This document shows positions 1 through 11,709 of a stretch of DNA of 46,178 nt, piece by piece. A model generated the notes under the pieces. The model was not told where the DNA came from. It saw only the letters and a program-made list of their open reading frames with translations, and did not search any database. Numbering within the stretch: position 1 is the first letter of the stretch; the number at the start of each line of letters is the position of its first letter. The stretch comes from Macrostomum lignano. Taxonomy: Eukaryota. Where the stretch lies: contig NIVC01004431.1 of NCBI GenBank assembly GCA_002269645.1, forward strand, positions 1 to 46,178, in the 5' to 3' direction. The translations under genes and the position numbers were made by a program.

Positions 1-171
1 TCAGAGTTTTTTGCACATACTTATTGCAAAGCGCCATCGCTGAGTTCTCATTGGCCACGAGCTTTGTCTATGGCCAAATCCGACAGTTTGACGCTTCTTT
101 ATTTGTAAATTGTACAAATATCGCATATTGCCTGTCCAAAGTCTCAAAATCAAGTTTTATGAAGTCTATTT

Positions 172-650
172 TAATCTAATGTCAATCTAATCTAATCTCA
201 GTCTAATCTAATATAATCTCATCTAATCTCAGTCTAATCTAATCTAGTCTAATCTAATCTAATCTAATCTAGTCTAATCTAATCTAATCTAATCTAATCT
301 AATCTAATCCAATCTACTAATCTAATCTAATCTAATCTAATCTAATCTAATCTAGTCTAATCTAATCTAATATAATATAATCTAATCTAGTATAATCTAA
401 TCTAATCTAATCCAATCTAATCTAATCTAATCTAATCTAATCTAGTCTGATCTAATCTAATCTAATCTAATCTCAGTCTAATCTACTAATCTAATCTAAT
501 CTAATCTATCTAATCTAATCTAATCTAATCTAATCTCAGTCTAATCTACTAATCTAATCTAATCTAATCTAATCTAATCTAGTCTAATCTAATCTAATCT
601 AATCTAATCTAATCCAATCTAATCTCAGTATAGTCTAATCTAATATAATC
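172..650. repeat. (TCTAA)n pentanucleotide microsatellite
   Basis: Long, slightly degenerate run of TCTAA units read directly; lies in an intron of DEG/ENaC gene A upstream of the 754 exon. Confidence 0.95.
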
Positions 651-753
651 AAATCACGGACTACTTAATTGTCGTTTATACTTAAGTAGTCCGTGAATCA
701 AATCTTATCAAATGTCAATTTAATCTAATCTAATTGAACCTCATCTCATTCAG

Positions 754-3722
754 GTGGCAGTCGTGCCCACAGGCCAGTACCCGCGCCTCTCTGACACAGT
801 GGCAGTGAGCCCCGGCCAGCACGCGGAGCTGAAGCTGCGCTATGACCGCAGCGTCCGGTACCCGAAGCCCCCCGGCCAGCCGTGCGCCCGGACTCTGCCG
901 GCGGTCAGCTACGCCCTGCCCACCTGGAACACTAGCTGGGAATATGTTGCTCGACTGCCATGGTGATTGACGTGATTCAGCAGCTGTCTTAGTGTGCACC
1001 ATTGCAACAGTTTTGCCTTTAGAACGGTGGAATCTGAGTTTATGACAATGACCACATGGTTTTACATAGACACTGCACATAGCAAAAGGACTTAAAGTAC
1101 ATAGAAAAATATTAATTTTCAGTAGTTGAAGCAAAACCACAAGCTTGAGCAGTCAGTTCTAGATTCTTCTTCTTCTTCATCAGTTCTAGATGTAGACATA
1201 GGGCCTGTCTGTGCGCCTACTTTCCAATTCTTCAAGTTACTTACGAAAATTGATCCGTCGTTCGCGCAGGCACACCTCAATCAACCTGGCCATGCTGTAC
1301 TCAACACCAAATTGGATTGATAAAATCGAAATTCTGAAGACGATCTTGGCTGCGAAGGAGACTGGCACGTGAGTGAAAGAAATGATTTTATAGTGAGTTT
1401 TTGTAGCACTAAAATCACAATATCTCTCACCTTCTGGACTTTTGAACTACAAACTGAACAAGTGTCTCTCCTGTCTGATCCCTTAGCTACCTATGGCTTA
1501 GCTGCAGGGGGGTTCCGGATGCAGCGGGGAGGCGTTGGCGCTCATTCCGCTAATTCCTGGCGACCACGGGCAGCTGGTGCTGCGGTGTCGCGCATGAAAG
1601 ATCTGTGGTGCTGGTGCCAGCAGCGTCGTCCCCCTCCGGAGAGTCCAGGAGGTGGATGTTCGCTCGCCCGGTAGCTCTTAGGTAGCGGACGAGCTGGCAG
1701 AGATTCTCGGGCCTGAAAACGTTAGAAAGGTCCGGGTTTAGGCCGAAGTAGGTGAGCCTGTCCCGTTTAATCCGAGTGGTGACAACAGGGGTAGGGGTTG
1801 GGACCTTCGTCGGCACCTGACGCTTCTGGCCGATGCGTGGAGTCCGATCTGGCATTCGCAGAGTTGCCGGCACCCTACTCAGAGGCGGCAGATGAGGCGG
1901 CTTCCGCTTTTCTCTGTTTTTCCGCTATTGTTCTGTCGGCTTAATTCCTGGAAGCGAGCGATGCTTTAGACCTTGATACAGGCCTGGATGTGGAGATCGG
2001 GCAGACTCAAGGGCACCAGAACAAGTTCCAGTGCTGCAAAATGTCCACTTGTTCCAGCGCGTTCCAGCAGCATCAAGGGACGCGGTGGTTGTACGTTGGT
2101 TACTAAATAGATCGCCAAAAAGTAGATGTGGGCAAGCTGAGAGACTAATGGGCTGTAAACCCAAGCCCAACTGCCAGCCAAAAGATGGGACCGAGAAACT
2201 CCCCGGTTGAGAGCCCAGCTAAAGGTCCATCAACGCGGTGCTACACTCGGCCCCTTGAGAGAGACTAGGAGGCTGTCACCGGAGCCTACGGACTGGCCGC
2301 ATACCCCGTTAAGCCCAGAGGGTACCTGCTCCTCAGAGCCGTTGCTAAAGCTGTCTGATGCGCACAGATGCACTTCCGGGTAGAACCCGTTCCCAACACG
2401 GCCAAGACAGAAGCCGAGACCCCGGATGGGAGCCCCCAGTCAGTCCAGCAGTCCTAGAGCTGCCTGTAAAAAATGCTCGGCTTTGAGAAAGTTCTCCTAC
2501 CATTCCTGCACCGGATCGATGGCGGTGCAGGTGTGTAGCATTGCAAACCTTAACTCGTATGCCTGGTGGTCTAGGCGTACTGAGCCCACCGTGGGTCAGT
2601 TAGTATTAGTTTTCTTTTTTGTTTAAAATAGCTAAAAAGTTAGCCAAATTATAAACAAATGCTTTGACCTGTATGTACAGAACTGAGCAAAGCGATTGAT
2701 CTTTAAGATAACTTTGAACTACAAAATTCTTCAACTCAACCAACATCCTCACGCTCAGCCGTCCCACTGGCGACTCCGTTCGATTCGAATCGGCCACTCA
2801 GGAAGACTGCATCTTCGCCTACAAAGTGCGCCAGTTTCTCAACCAGTGCGGCTGCCTGCCCTCCTTCCTGCCCATCCCAGTGGAGCTGAAGACCAGCGGG
2901 CGAGCGTTCTGCTTCGGCGAGCCGGCGGCCAGCTTCGGAGGCGCCGAGCAGCTGGACAAGTTGGAGCAGTGCGTCAGGGAGCAGATCCGCCTGCAGGTGC
3001 GTCACGAGCGGGACGCCAGGCGCTCCGAGTGTCCGCCACCCTGCGAGACTCGCGCCTACTCGCTGCGCCAGGCCGCCTACCCGTGGCCGGGCCTGACCAC
3101 CGAGAATGCGCACAGATTCCTCATGGGCAGCCTGGGCGGCTGGTCCTATCCCTACAACTTCCTGCGGTCTCGTGGCATTGCAAGCCTCTACTATGCCTAC
3201 CTGAGGTCCTACGACTATTCTGTGCTCAATAAGAGAGTGTACGATGCCTTCCATATGCAGACCTTTGATCAGGAGGTGCGCATGGTGGAAAGGCGACTAG
3301 TCAAGGCCACGGTGCAGGCGGCCAGCGACTTTGGACAGGATGTCACCGAGGAGCCGTCCTACACCATCAAGAACTTCATGGCAGACCTGGGAGGTGAGTC
3401 TGGCTCTGGCGACAAAGTTCCTGGGGGTTTGAAGCCACATAAATTTGCAGTCTGCTTTTACTTGCTAGATTTCGTGTAAACACTCAAAACATTTCAACCC
3501 GCTGCCGCAGGCGCCCTCGGCCTCTGGTCGGGCGTCTCAGTCCTGACCGTGTGCGAGCTGATCGAGCTGGCTGCCCGCATCATCGCTCTCGCCGTCCATC
3601 GCCGTTTTCACCGAGGCCTGACGGCGACCTCGCTGTATCAGCAGTCAGCTGAGGCCAGCAGGCCAGCAGCCAACGAAGATAAAAAAGAGCTTGGCTCTTC
3701 GACAGCTGATGAGAGAGTTTAA
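754..3722 (+). CDS. DEG/ENaC family channel, paralogue A (3' three exons only; 5' part is left of the window)
   Basis: Exons 754-962, 2759-3393 and 3511-3722 have AG/GT boundaries with compatible phases (2, then 1). They encode [10 protein letters not shown]..., the thumb cysteines (EDC...QCGCLP...C...C...PCET), [12 protein letters not shown]|[19 protein letters not shown] (pre-TM2/TM2 with GxS filter) and stop TAA at 3720-3722. Confidence 0.9.
1460..1790 (-). mobile_element. 3' fragment of a non-LTR retrotransposon (LINE)
   Basis: Encodes [35 protein letters not shown] near-identical copy at about 31885-32215 carries the upstream zinc-knuckle remnant ENAEHFICECP, typical of LINE ORF2 C-termini. 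Boundaries approximate. Confidence 0.6.
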
Positions 3723-3733
3723 AGCACCAGACT

Positions 3734-4014
3734 GAGATTCCATCCAGTGAGATCCCATCCAGTGATATCCCATCCAGTGAGATCCCATCCAGTGAGATCC
3801 CATCCAGTGAGATCCCATCCAGTGAAATCCCATCCAGTGAAATCCCATCCAGTGAAATCCCATCCAGTGAAATCCTATCCAGTGAGATCCGATCCGGTGA
3901 GATCTCATCCAGTGAGATCCCATCCAGTGAAATCCCATCCAGTGAAATCCTATCCAGTGAGATCCGATCCGGTGAGATCTCATCCAGTGAGATCCCATCC
4001 AGTGAAATCCCATC
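3734..4014. repeat. 15-bp minisatellite (GAGATCCCATCCAGT)n
   Basis: About 19 tandem units starting just after the gene A stop codon; explains the MGFHW/RSHPV repeat ORFs. Confidence 0.95.
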
Positions 4015-5550
4015 AAACTGAGTAGCTAGCCATAAAACCTGATATCATTATATAAATATAATATCACAACAGTTTTAAAACCAACCATAGCTACCTGTAA
4101 CTAAAAGTTCAGATGACATACTGAATGTTGTGTCGCAGTGCAAGTGCACCTTGCCCTCCCAGACGGGTTGAGTCACCCCTGTTCGCATGCATTTTTTTAT
4201 AACTCGCGTATGCCGCAGCCAGTGGCTTAAGTCTGGTATTATTTCTCTCGCCCTGCGCGGCGATTGGTTGGGCCAACTCAGCCGTGTTAGCGATTGGCGG
4301 AGCCTGGCGGCGCGTTTGGTGCTGCCGTCCCCGGGCGGGGTGGTTGGCTCGGGGTTGGTGGGGTAGTGCGCTGGAGAGCGTGTGGCCATCCCCCCTGCGC
4401 GGGCGTGTGCTATTTAGCAACGCTCGCAGCGGGTTGGGGCGGTGCGCCTCTTGGCTATCCCTCGCTCTTACTACTCTGAAATTTAACCAGCTAACTAGCC
4501 AAACTAGCTAGACGGCTCCCTACTGCCAAGGCTACGGCCATACTGCTGCACAGCAAAATAAATCAAGAAAGGCCACCAATTCGTACCGGCCCTGGGCGAC
4601 AGCCGCCAGTTGAGTAAGTGCGCACTCTGCCTTCCTTATTTCGGTTGCCTAGGCGGTGAAAGAGAGTCCGTGTGTCCTGACGCCGACTCGGCTCGATTAG
4701 AGGGGGACGTCGGTAAGGTACAAATCGTACGTACATACTTCTGTACGCCAGCCAGCGCGTCCCGACGCCTCGCTGAAGGCGGACGACACCACTGCGTCCC
4801 GAAGGCTGCGTGGGTGCGTCCTGACGCCCCAGACTTTGGGAATTGCTCGCCCTAGCGCCCGAGCGCAGGCTAAGCAAGGACCCGCCCTTACCCAGTACTG
4901 TACTCTGTAGTACCACCCTACTGCCGGGCCGGGGGCTGCAGGGATACAACATTAAAAAAATTACTTGAGTCCATTTTTCCAAAGGAATATGACTGCTGTT
5001 TTTATTTCAACTTTCATTTCAAAGACTTTTTATTTCACAGAACCGCACGGAAACAACAACAACCTGGTGAACTGCTCTCCGGGTACCAAAGGTCAGGCGA
5101 TTGCAGCTTGGGTGGCTCCATGCCTAACGGCGATAACAGGGCCCAAGAGTTGCAGTCGTCAGATTAGTGCGGCTTGGAGAGTGCCACGCCTCACGCCGAC
5201 AAGACAAGACAACAAAAACAACTACAACAGCAATAACAACAAGATGAACCAAGCTCCTTTTCCTGAGAATCATTTACACTTTACAAAAAGTAACCCTGGA
5301 TCTAGTAACCCTGGATCAAATCTAGTTAGAAAATCTAGTTTTACTAATCAATTTCGTCAACAGTTTGTACTCCCTTTGTGCTTACAAATATTTAGGTCAC
5401 CAAGCTTAGGCCTTGCAATGTCTAGAATTAACTTGATGTCGACCCCTCCCAAGCAGTCGGGCAGCTGGACAAAACTTACGGGTTGTAAATATTCCACAAA
5501 TTCCACAATTACAGAAGCAGTATGAACTGACACAGAGTTAAATATGACCA

Positions 5551-5860
5551 TAAGGGGTTGTAGCCTGTGGTTAGACCGTCGGACTCACGACTGAAAGGTC
5601 GGGGGTTCAATTCTCGACCACTCGGAACATCTTGTGCTTAAGACACTTAACTCTATATTGCTTCAGTTCACGCGGCTGTAAAATGGATACCAGTACTAGC
5701 TGGGGTAATTGAGGGTGTGTGTGGTGACCACCCAGTCCTTGGACTGAACAGCCGTACGCAGCCTTCCGATGCGCCGCGCGATAGCTGCAGATGAGCTGTT
5801 GGTTGCATAAATGCCCATTGGGCAGGTGTAATCAATTACTCGTATTACCTTGTTATTATT
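5551..5860 (+). mobile_element. tRNA-derived SINE, family B (CORE-like middle domain)
   Basis: tRNA-like head (GGGGTTGTAGCCTGTGG...GGTTCAATTCTC), middle AAGACACTTAACTCT...TTCAGTT...CTGTAAAATGG resembling the MIR/CORE domain, (TTA)n tail, and direct repeat ATATGACCA at 5542-5550 and 5861-5869. Related copies at 19250-19545 and 42805-43070. Confidence 0.8.
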
Positions 5861-6371
5861 ATATGACCACGTTACGGAAATACAAGAGCTTCTATTCAAA
5901 TAGTTTAATGTACTCGCGTACACCAGAAGTTCCTCCCCGAGCAGCATACGCCCAGAGACCTGTGGCTGTGCATCTCCCAGCTCTTACTCAGCTCCCAGTC
6001 TCCCGGATGCGTCAGCTAAATTAATCCTCGACATTCACATGTGGATTTTAACAAAGCCGCTGTAACTTTTCTTTACTTGAATGAAACGCTTTGAAATTTT
6101 ACACATGCCATGGTATTTCGAGTCAACCAAGTTGAAAAACGTATAAAAGAACTTGACATTTGAAAAACGCTTCTACGTATAAAGTTTAAAGCCTGTACGA
6201 GCTATTAACCTGTAAATTGTTTCTTTATGTGCGGAGCATCATGACAAGTTCAAACTTGTGATTCTCCGCCACTCCAGCTTTTCTGCTAATTCGCAAAAGT
6301 ACATTTGGACTAAAATACACAATTATGCTGTGACACCAGAAAAGCTGGTGTGCCAACGCTGCCGATCGAAT

Positions 6372-6536
6372 TGTAAGAACAAGCGAAAACGAGAAATTGG
6401 CTTAAGGCGTAGACCGACTCTTGGCTGCCCAGGGCGCCAAGGCATTCACTTATATATTATCATTGTACAGCGAGCAAATGTACATAAGAGCTAGTGAACG
6501 TGCGCACACGCAATCAACTAAGCAAACCATCTTACA
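6372..6536 (-). repeat. 3' LTR of the Gypsy element
   Basis: TGTAAGA...TCTTACA 7-bp terminal inverted repeat; purine tract GAAAGAAGGAGAGCAT (minus strand of about 6537-6552) adjacent as PPT. Confidence 0.95.
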
Positions 6537-6717
6537 ATGCTCTCCTTCTTTCAAAAAGTGTTCCACTCACTTTCTGCATTTTTCGTTGTGTTAAAAAAAA
6601 GTTACGAGTATGAGTTCGACGAATTCTGATCGAATATTTGAACGAATAAATATTTGAGGGAAATAAAAGTGGAAATTAAAATGAACTTAAGCAATGCCAA
6701 TGTTTAAAAAAAACTAT

Positions 6718-9655
6718 CTAAGAAAATCTGCATTCAATGAGTATACACTTCACCAAAAAATTCTGGCGGGGCACGGGCCCTCTCACTTCGGCGCAATACA
6801 GGCTGTTCTGGATGCTCTGGAACATCAGCAGGGGCGCCGACCGGGGCGCCGATTGGGGTGCCGGCTGGGGCGCCGACCGGGGCGCCGACTGGGGCGCCGG
6901 CTGGGTCGCCGGCTGGGGCGCCGGCTGGGTCGCCGGCTGGGCGCCGGCTGGGTCGCCGGCTTGGGCGCCGGCTGGGGCGCCGGCTGGGGCGCCGACCGGG
7001 GCGCCGACTGGGGCGCCGGCTGGGGCGCCGGCTGGGGCGCCGGCTGGGGCGCCGGATGGGGCGCCGGCTGGGACGCCGTCAAATCTCAGGTCGTCCTCGT
7101 CAGGATTGTGCTGTTGCGCCGCTGGTTGCAATTGAGGTGCTGCAGCTGGACTGGCCGTGTTGCATGGCTTCAGGCGATTGAAATGCACCACCCTTCGCCG
7201 TCGTGCATTGGCCTCGTGCTGAATGCGGTAGGTGACGTCTGAGATCTGCTTTTTAACGCGCCATGGCCCAGTCCACCATCGATGAAATTTTCGGCTCTCG
7301 CCTCGCTTCAGCGCCGGATTGTGCAGCCAGACCAGATCGTTCTCGCTGAATGCCTCGCCGTGGCACCTCCTGTCGTACGCTGCCTTCTGGTGCAGTTGCG
7401 CTGCCTCCAAGTTTTGTCGCGCCCTCTCGTGCGATGTCTGCAGCCGGCTCCGCAGCTCGGCCACCCATTCACAAGGACGTTGCCTATCCGGCGCCAGACC
7501 TCCGTATGCCAAGTCCAGTGGTAGTCGCAGTTCCCGGCCGAAATGCATCGCCGAAGGTGTCTGACCAGTCGACTTGTGGACTGAAGTGCGGTAGCCCATC
7601 AGTGCAATCTGCAGATGAAGATCCCAGTCTCGCTGATTCTCGTTCACCCATGCTCGCAGCAGCTGCACCAGTGTCCGGTTCATCCGTTCGCAACCGCCGT
7701 CTCCTTCAGGGTGGTAGCCTGTCGTCCGAGTCTTGTCGATTTTCAGCAGCCGCATCGTCTCTTGAAACAGCTGTGACTCCCAGTTCCGACCCTGGTCGGT
7801 GTGCACCGACTGCGGGACTCCAAAGCGAGCCACCCACTCGTTGACAAACGTCCGGGCTGTGGTCTCAGCGTCTTGAGACGGCAGTGGAAAGGCCTCAGTC
7901 CACTTGCTGAAGGTGTCGATGACTACCAGGATGACTGAATTTCCACGATCGGTCCTCGGCAGGCCCACCATGAAGTCCATTTCCAGTCGCTGGCCAACGC
8001 TGCCGACCGCCATGCTCTGTAGAGGTGCCCGCCTGTGCTGGCCAGAATCTTTCAGTGTCGCGCATTCGAGGCACGCAGCACACCAGTCAGTCACATCTGC
8101 TGTCATTCCAGGCCAGTAGAGTCGCGCCCTGATCTTTTCTATGGTCTTCTGCGGTCCGCAGTGGCTGCCGCTCGTTCCAGCATGAGCTTCGACAAAAACA
8201 TCGCGCTGTAGACTCTCTGGCACCAGCAGCTGCTGACAAAAGGCGCTGCCATCTTCGGATTCCCATCGGCGGCACAGCAGTCCGTTCACCAGTGTCAGCC
8301 GCTTAAACTCGGACAGCAGTTGCCGCTGCCGATTGCTCCAGCCGTCCGTCTCTGCCTTATCCGGTGGTTGCCCATCTCGCAAGCAGTTCGCCAGCTTCTG
8401 CATGCACCGATCCTCTGCCTGTGCTCGTCGAATCGCGCTGTCGTCATTGAACTCGACAGCGAGCGCAGAGCCACTGCACAGGCAAGGTCCTTTTCGACAC
8501 GGTCGCCGACTAAGTGCGTCTGCATTTCCATGTTTCTCGCCCTTGCGATACTCCGTCTGGTAGTCGAATTCGCTTAGCTTATCCAGCCACCGTGCCAGCT
8601 GACCATCGGGATCTCGAAAGCGCAGAAGATGGATCAGCGAGGCGTGATCAGTACGTAGTGTGAATCTTTTTCCTAACAAGTAGCTGCGATAGTGACCGAC
8701 GAAGTGCACAATTGCCAGCAGCTCACGCCTCGTTGTGCAGTAATTTCTCTCTGCTTTGGACAGAATGCGACTGCCGTACGCCACCACCTGCGTCCTGCCA
8801 CCACGGCGCTCTTGAAGAACTCCGGAGATGGCCACGCCAGAGGCATCGGTATCCAGCACGAACTCAGCGTCTTCTGCGAATGTCGGCATGATGAGGACTG
8901 GGCTGGAAGTAAGGCACTGCTTTAGGCGATTAAATGCTGCTGAGCATTCGAGAGTCCAGCTGAAGGTCACGTCCTTTTGCGTTAGCTTGTACAGCGGTTC
9001 AGCAATCTCACTGTAGTTTTTAACGAAATGACGATAGTAGCCACATAACCCCAGGAATTGTCGCACTTCTGAACGATCTTCGGGCGTTGGCCACTCCTGC
9101 ACTGCTTTCACCTTGTCCGGGTCAGTGGTCACGCCATCTTTTGAGATTCGAAAGCCAAGAAATGAGATCTCCTGATAGCACAAGTGGCACTTGGTCGGCT
9201 TCAACTTCAGGTTAGCGGTTCTGAATTTCTGCAACACAAGCTCAAGACGCCGCAGATGCTCCTCGAATCCTTTCGAAAAGATGACAACGTCGTCAAGAAA
9301 TGACAGGCACACTTCCCATCGGAGGCCCTTCAGAACGAGTTCCATCAGCCTTGAAAACGTGGCAGGACCATTGCACACACCTTGCGGTAGTCTCTTGTAC
9401 TGGAATAATCCTTGTGGCGCAGGAAATGCTGTTTTTGCGCGACTCTCTGAGTCCAGCATCACCTGGGTGTACCCGCTAGTGAAGTCGAGCGTTGAGAACA
9501 TTGTGGATCCTGCGAGAGCATCGATCAGATCGCTGGTGTGAGGCAGTGGATGACTGTCTTTGACGGTCACGGAGTTGAGCAGTCTGAAGTCGTTCACGAA
9601 GCGCAAACTGCCGTCCTTCTTCTTCACCAGAATGACCGGGCTCGACCACGGAGAA
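6718..9655 (-). CDS. pol: Gypsy pol: reverse transcriptase, RNase H, integrase
   Basis: LRFVNDFRLLN, LPQG, FLDD, FLGLCGYYR, DTDASG, HHCC zinc finger, D-D-E core and GPW motif. Joined to the protease ORF across a +1 indel at about 9656. Confidence 0.95.
6830..7078 (-). repeat. 12-bp GC-rich tandem repeat (GGGGCGCCGGCT)n inside the pol C-terminus
   Basis: About 20 imperfect units; translated as (AGAP)n then (PAPQ)n in the pol ORF. Confidence 0.9.
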
Positions 9656-10732
9656 TTTCGAAGGCTCTACGATGTCGTCTCTCACCATCTGCTCGACCAT
9701 CTCTGACACAGCTCGCTGGTTCGGCGGCGACAATCTACGAGGAGGCACTCTGATAGGTTTCGCCGACCCGGTGTCAATTTTGTGGTCAAGGAGTGAAGTG
9801 CAGCCCAGGTCGTTTGGACTTTTCGAGAACACATCCTGGTACTGATGCAGAAGATCTTTGACACACTGAACTTGATTGGCTGTAAGATTTTTCTCATCAA
9901 TGTGCACATTTGGTACATGCTCGGCGATTTGACCTTTCACTGTCTCAACTTGCATTGACAACTCTGCATCGGCACCATCTGACATCGGCTCAAAAGTCCC
10001 CAGTCTTGTTCCGGGGTAAAATGTATGCGGCTTGGTGTCCGTATTGACATAGTGAACAGCGATGAGTCCTCCTCGCAACACCGAGAGGCTGCGCGCTCCA
10101 CACATGACCGTGGAGATGTCCTTCGAATTGTCAGGCTCAAAAATGCCGCACTCACCATCAACAGCTGCATCTGACTCACTTGCCAATCTCGCTGGGAAGA
10201 CGATTTCGTGACCAGCGGGCACGGTTGTCCTGTCTGCTACCTCAACGGCGAATACACAGCTACTTGCTGCCGATGACTCCATTTTTACTTGCTGACCGCA
10301 CACAGTGAGCGTTTGGCGATTGCAGTCGATGACGCAGCCACAGTTTGCCAGGAAATCTGCACCCAGCAAAAAATCCTTGGCCAGATTGTCGACAACTAAA
10401 ACTCTTTGTCGAACCGTTGCCACACCGAAACTTAGCTGCACTTCCTGCCAACCACAGGCAGCCAAATAGTTACCGTCTGCCAGCTTCAACTGCACCGGAG
10501 TCGTCAAAGGCAGGAGCCTCTCATTCAGCTTGCGAAACAGGGAACTTGACATCAAAGACTGGGAACACCCAGTGTCAACTAGACAGCTGGCAGGGACACA
10601 CATTGGCAGGATGCGACAGTTTACCAGCATGTTGGCACCAGTGGCTGAGCAGGACACCTCTACGACTGGTTGCGCCGGGATTCTCACTTGCGGAACGGCA
10701 CCCCGGCGGTCGCCGCTCCATCGAAGTTTCCC
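9656..10732 (-). CDS. Gypsy aspartic protease and start of RT (in the -1 frame relative to gag)
   Basis: LVDTGCSQS active site, FLLGADFL, YQDVFSKSPNDLG, HKIDTGSAKPI...MVRDDIVEPS RT leader. Confidence 0.92.
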
Positions 10733-11526
10733 GACTTCTGAGTGCAAAATTTTTGAACATGGCCCGGCTTACCGCACTTCCAGCATGTCACAACTCTGCG
10801 TCTGTCGCCGCTCTGACGATGATCCTGGTCCTTTGACTCCCAGCGGCTAAGCTTGTTGGACAGCTCCTTCAGGGACCGTTGAATTCCGACTGCAAAGGCT
10901 TCGGGAACCTCAGCAGCTAGAGCCGTAGCAGTGCCTCCTTGCGACTGTATCGATTCCACGAATCGCGCTGTTTCAACTGTATCAGCGAATGTCGCCTTTG
11001 CCTGCATCTGCGTCTGCATTCGCACAGCTGGGTCCCTCAATCCGGATAGAAACCGACCTTTGAGAAGCTCGTCCTTCGCTGTCACCGACGTCTCCTGCTC
11101 GGCACTTGCTTTCGTGTCCATCAGACTCGAGAACGCACGCTTTGCCGCAACGATCAGGGCATCGGAATAATCTGCAACCGACTGACCGTCCTTTTGAGTC
11201 AGATTGAAGAACTGCGCCTGCAGCTCAGCAGAGGATGTTGATGGCCGAAATCGATTTTTCAGAGCCTTCTCAAAGTCGTCGTAGGACAGGGCAGCATCCA
11301 AATTGCTGGCCGCTTGATATGATTTGTCGTCGAGGAATGACAGCAGAGCATTCTTGCGCTGATCCACAGGAAGAGATGATGCGAAATTGTTGAATCGTGC
11401 CAGCCAAAGTTCAAAGTCTTGTCCATGCTGGTATTGAGGCGGCCGCAAAAACATGTTGACAAAACTAGCTTGGGGCTGAGTCACCGCCACTGTAGGGCTC
11501 TCTGCACTGCCTTCATTTTCAGTCAT
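10684..11526 (-). CDS. gag: Gypsy gag with C-terminal CCHC zinc knuckle
   Basis: ATG at 11526 immediately after the PBS; CWKCGKPGHVQKFC knuckle; WLARFNNF and DELLKGRFLSGLRD are gag-like. Confidence 0.9.
   Translation of the reverse strand: MTENEGSAESPTVAVTQPQASFVNMFLRPPQYQHGQDFELWLARFNNFASSLPVDQRKNALLSFLDDKSYQAASNLDAALSYDDFEKALKNRFRPSTSSAELQAQFFNLTQKDGQSVADYSDALIVAAKRAFSSLMDTKASAEQETSVTAKDELLKGRFLSGLRDPAVRMQTQMQAKATFADTVETARFVESIQSQGGTATALAAEVPEAFAVGIQRSLKELSNKLSRWESKDQDHRQSGDRRRVVTCWKCGKPGHVQKFCTQKSGNFDGAATAGVPFRK
10692..10732 (-). promoter_or_regulatory. Candidate -1 programmed ribosomal frameshift signal (gag-pol)
   Basis: G GGA AAC in the gag frame (10732-10726), 6-nt spacer, then 8-bp stem GGAGCGGC/GCCGTTCC with a 12-nt loop; pol continues in the -1 frame. 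Confidence 0.75.
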
Positions 11527-11531
11527 AGCCG

Positions 11532-11543
11532 CCGCTGCCACCA
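11532..11543 (-). promoter_or_regulatory. Primer binding site, tRNA-Leu-like
   Basis: TGGTGGCAGCGG lies 1 nt inside the 5' LTR and is complementary to ...CCGCTGCCACCA, the 3' end of metazoan tRNA-Leu(AAG/TAG). Confidence 0.75.
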
Positions 11544-11544
11544 A

Positions 11545-11709
11545 TGTAAGAACAAGCGAAAACGAGAAATTGGCTTAAGGCGTAGACCGACTCTTGGCTG
11601 CCCAGGGCGCCAAGGCATTCACTTATATATTATCATTGTACAGCGAGCAAATGTACATAAGAGCTAGTGAACGTGCGCACACGCAATCAACTAAGCAAAC
11701 CATCTTACA
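11545..11709 (-). repeat. 5' LTR of the Gypsy element
   Basis: Identical by eye to 6372-6536; contains TATATAA on the minus strand at 11623-11629. Confidence 0.95.

Larger units (their letters stand above)
6372..11709 (-). mobile_element. Full-length Ty3/Gypsy LTR retrotransposon (5338 bp)
   Basis: Two identical 165-bp TG...CA LTRs, 4-bp TSD GAAT (6368-6371 and 11710-11713), PBS, PPT, gag with CCHC knuckle, and pol in PR-RT-RH-IN order. Confidence 0.97.

Noticed and set aside
1800-2600. Possible degraded reverse-transcriptase sequence (LGPIFW-like) next to the LINE fragment
   Set aside because: Only one weak motif and no continuous frame.
3645-4025. Repetitive ORFs (MGFHW)n and (RSHPV)n
   Set aside because: They are stop-free readings of a 15-bp tandem repeat downstream of the gene A stop.
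7253-9541. Many short ORFs antisense to or overlapping Gypsy pol, and the analogous ones over ECM29 and the channel exons
   Set aside because: Shadow ORFs of GC-rich coding sequence with no independent motifs.
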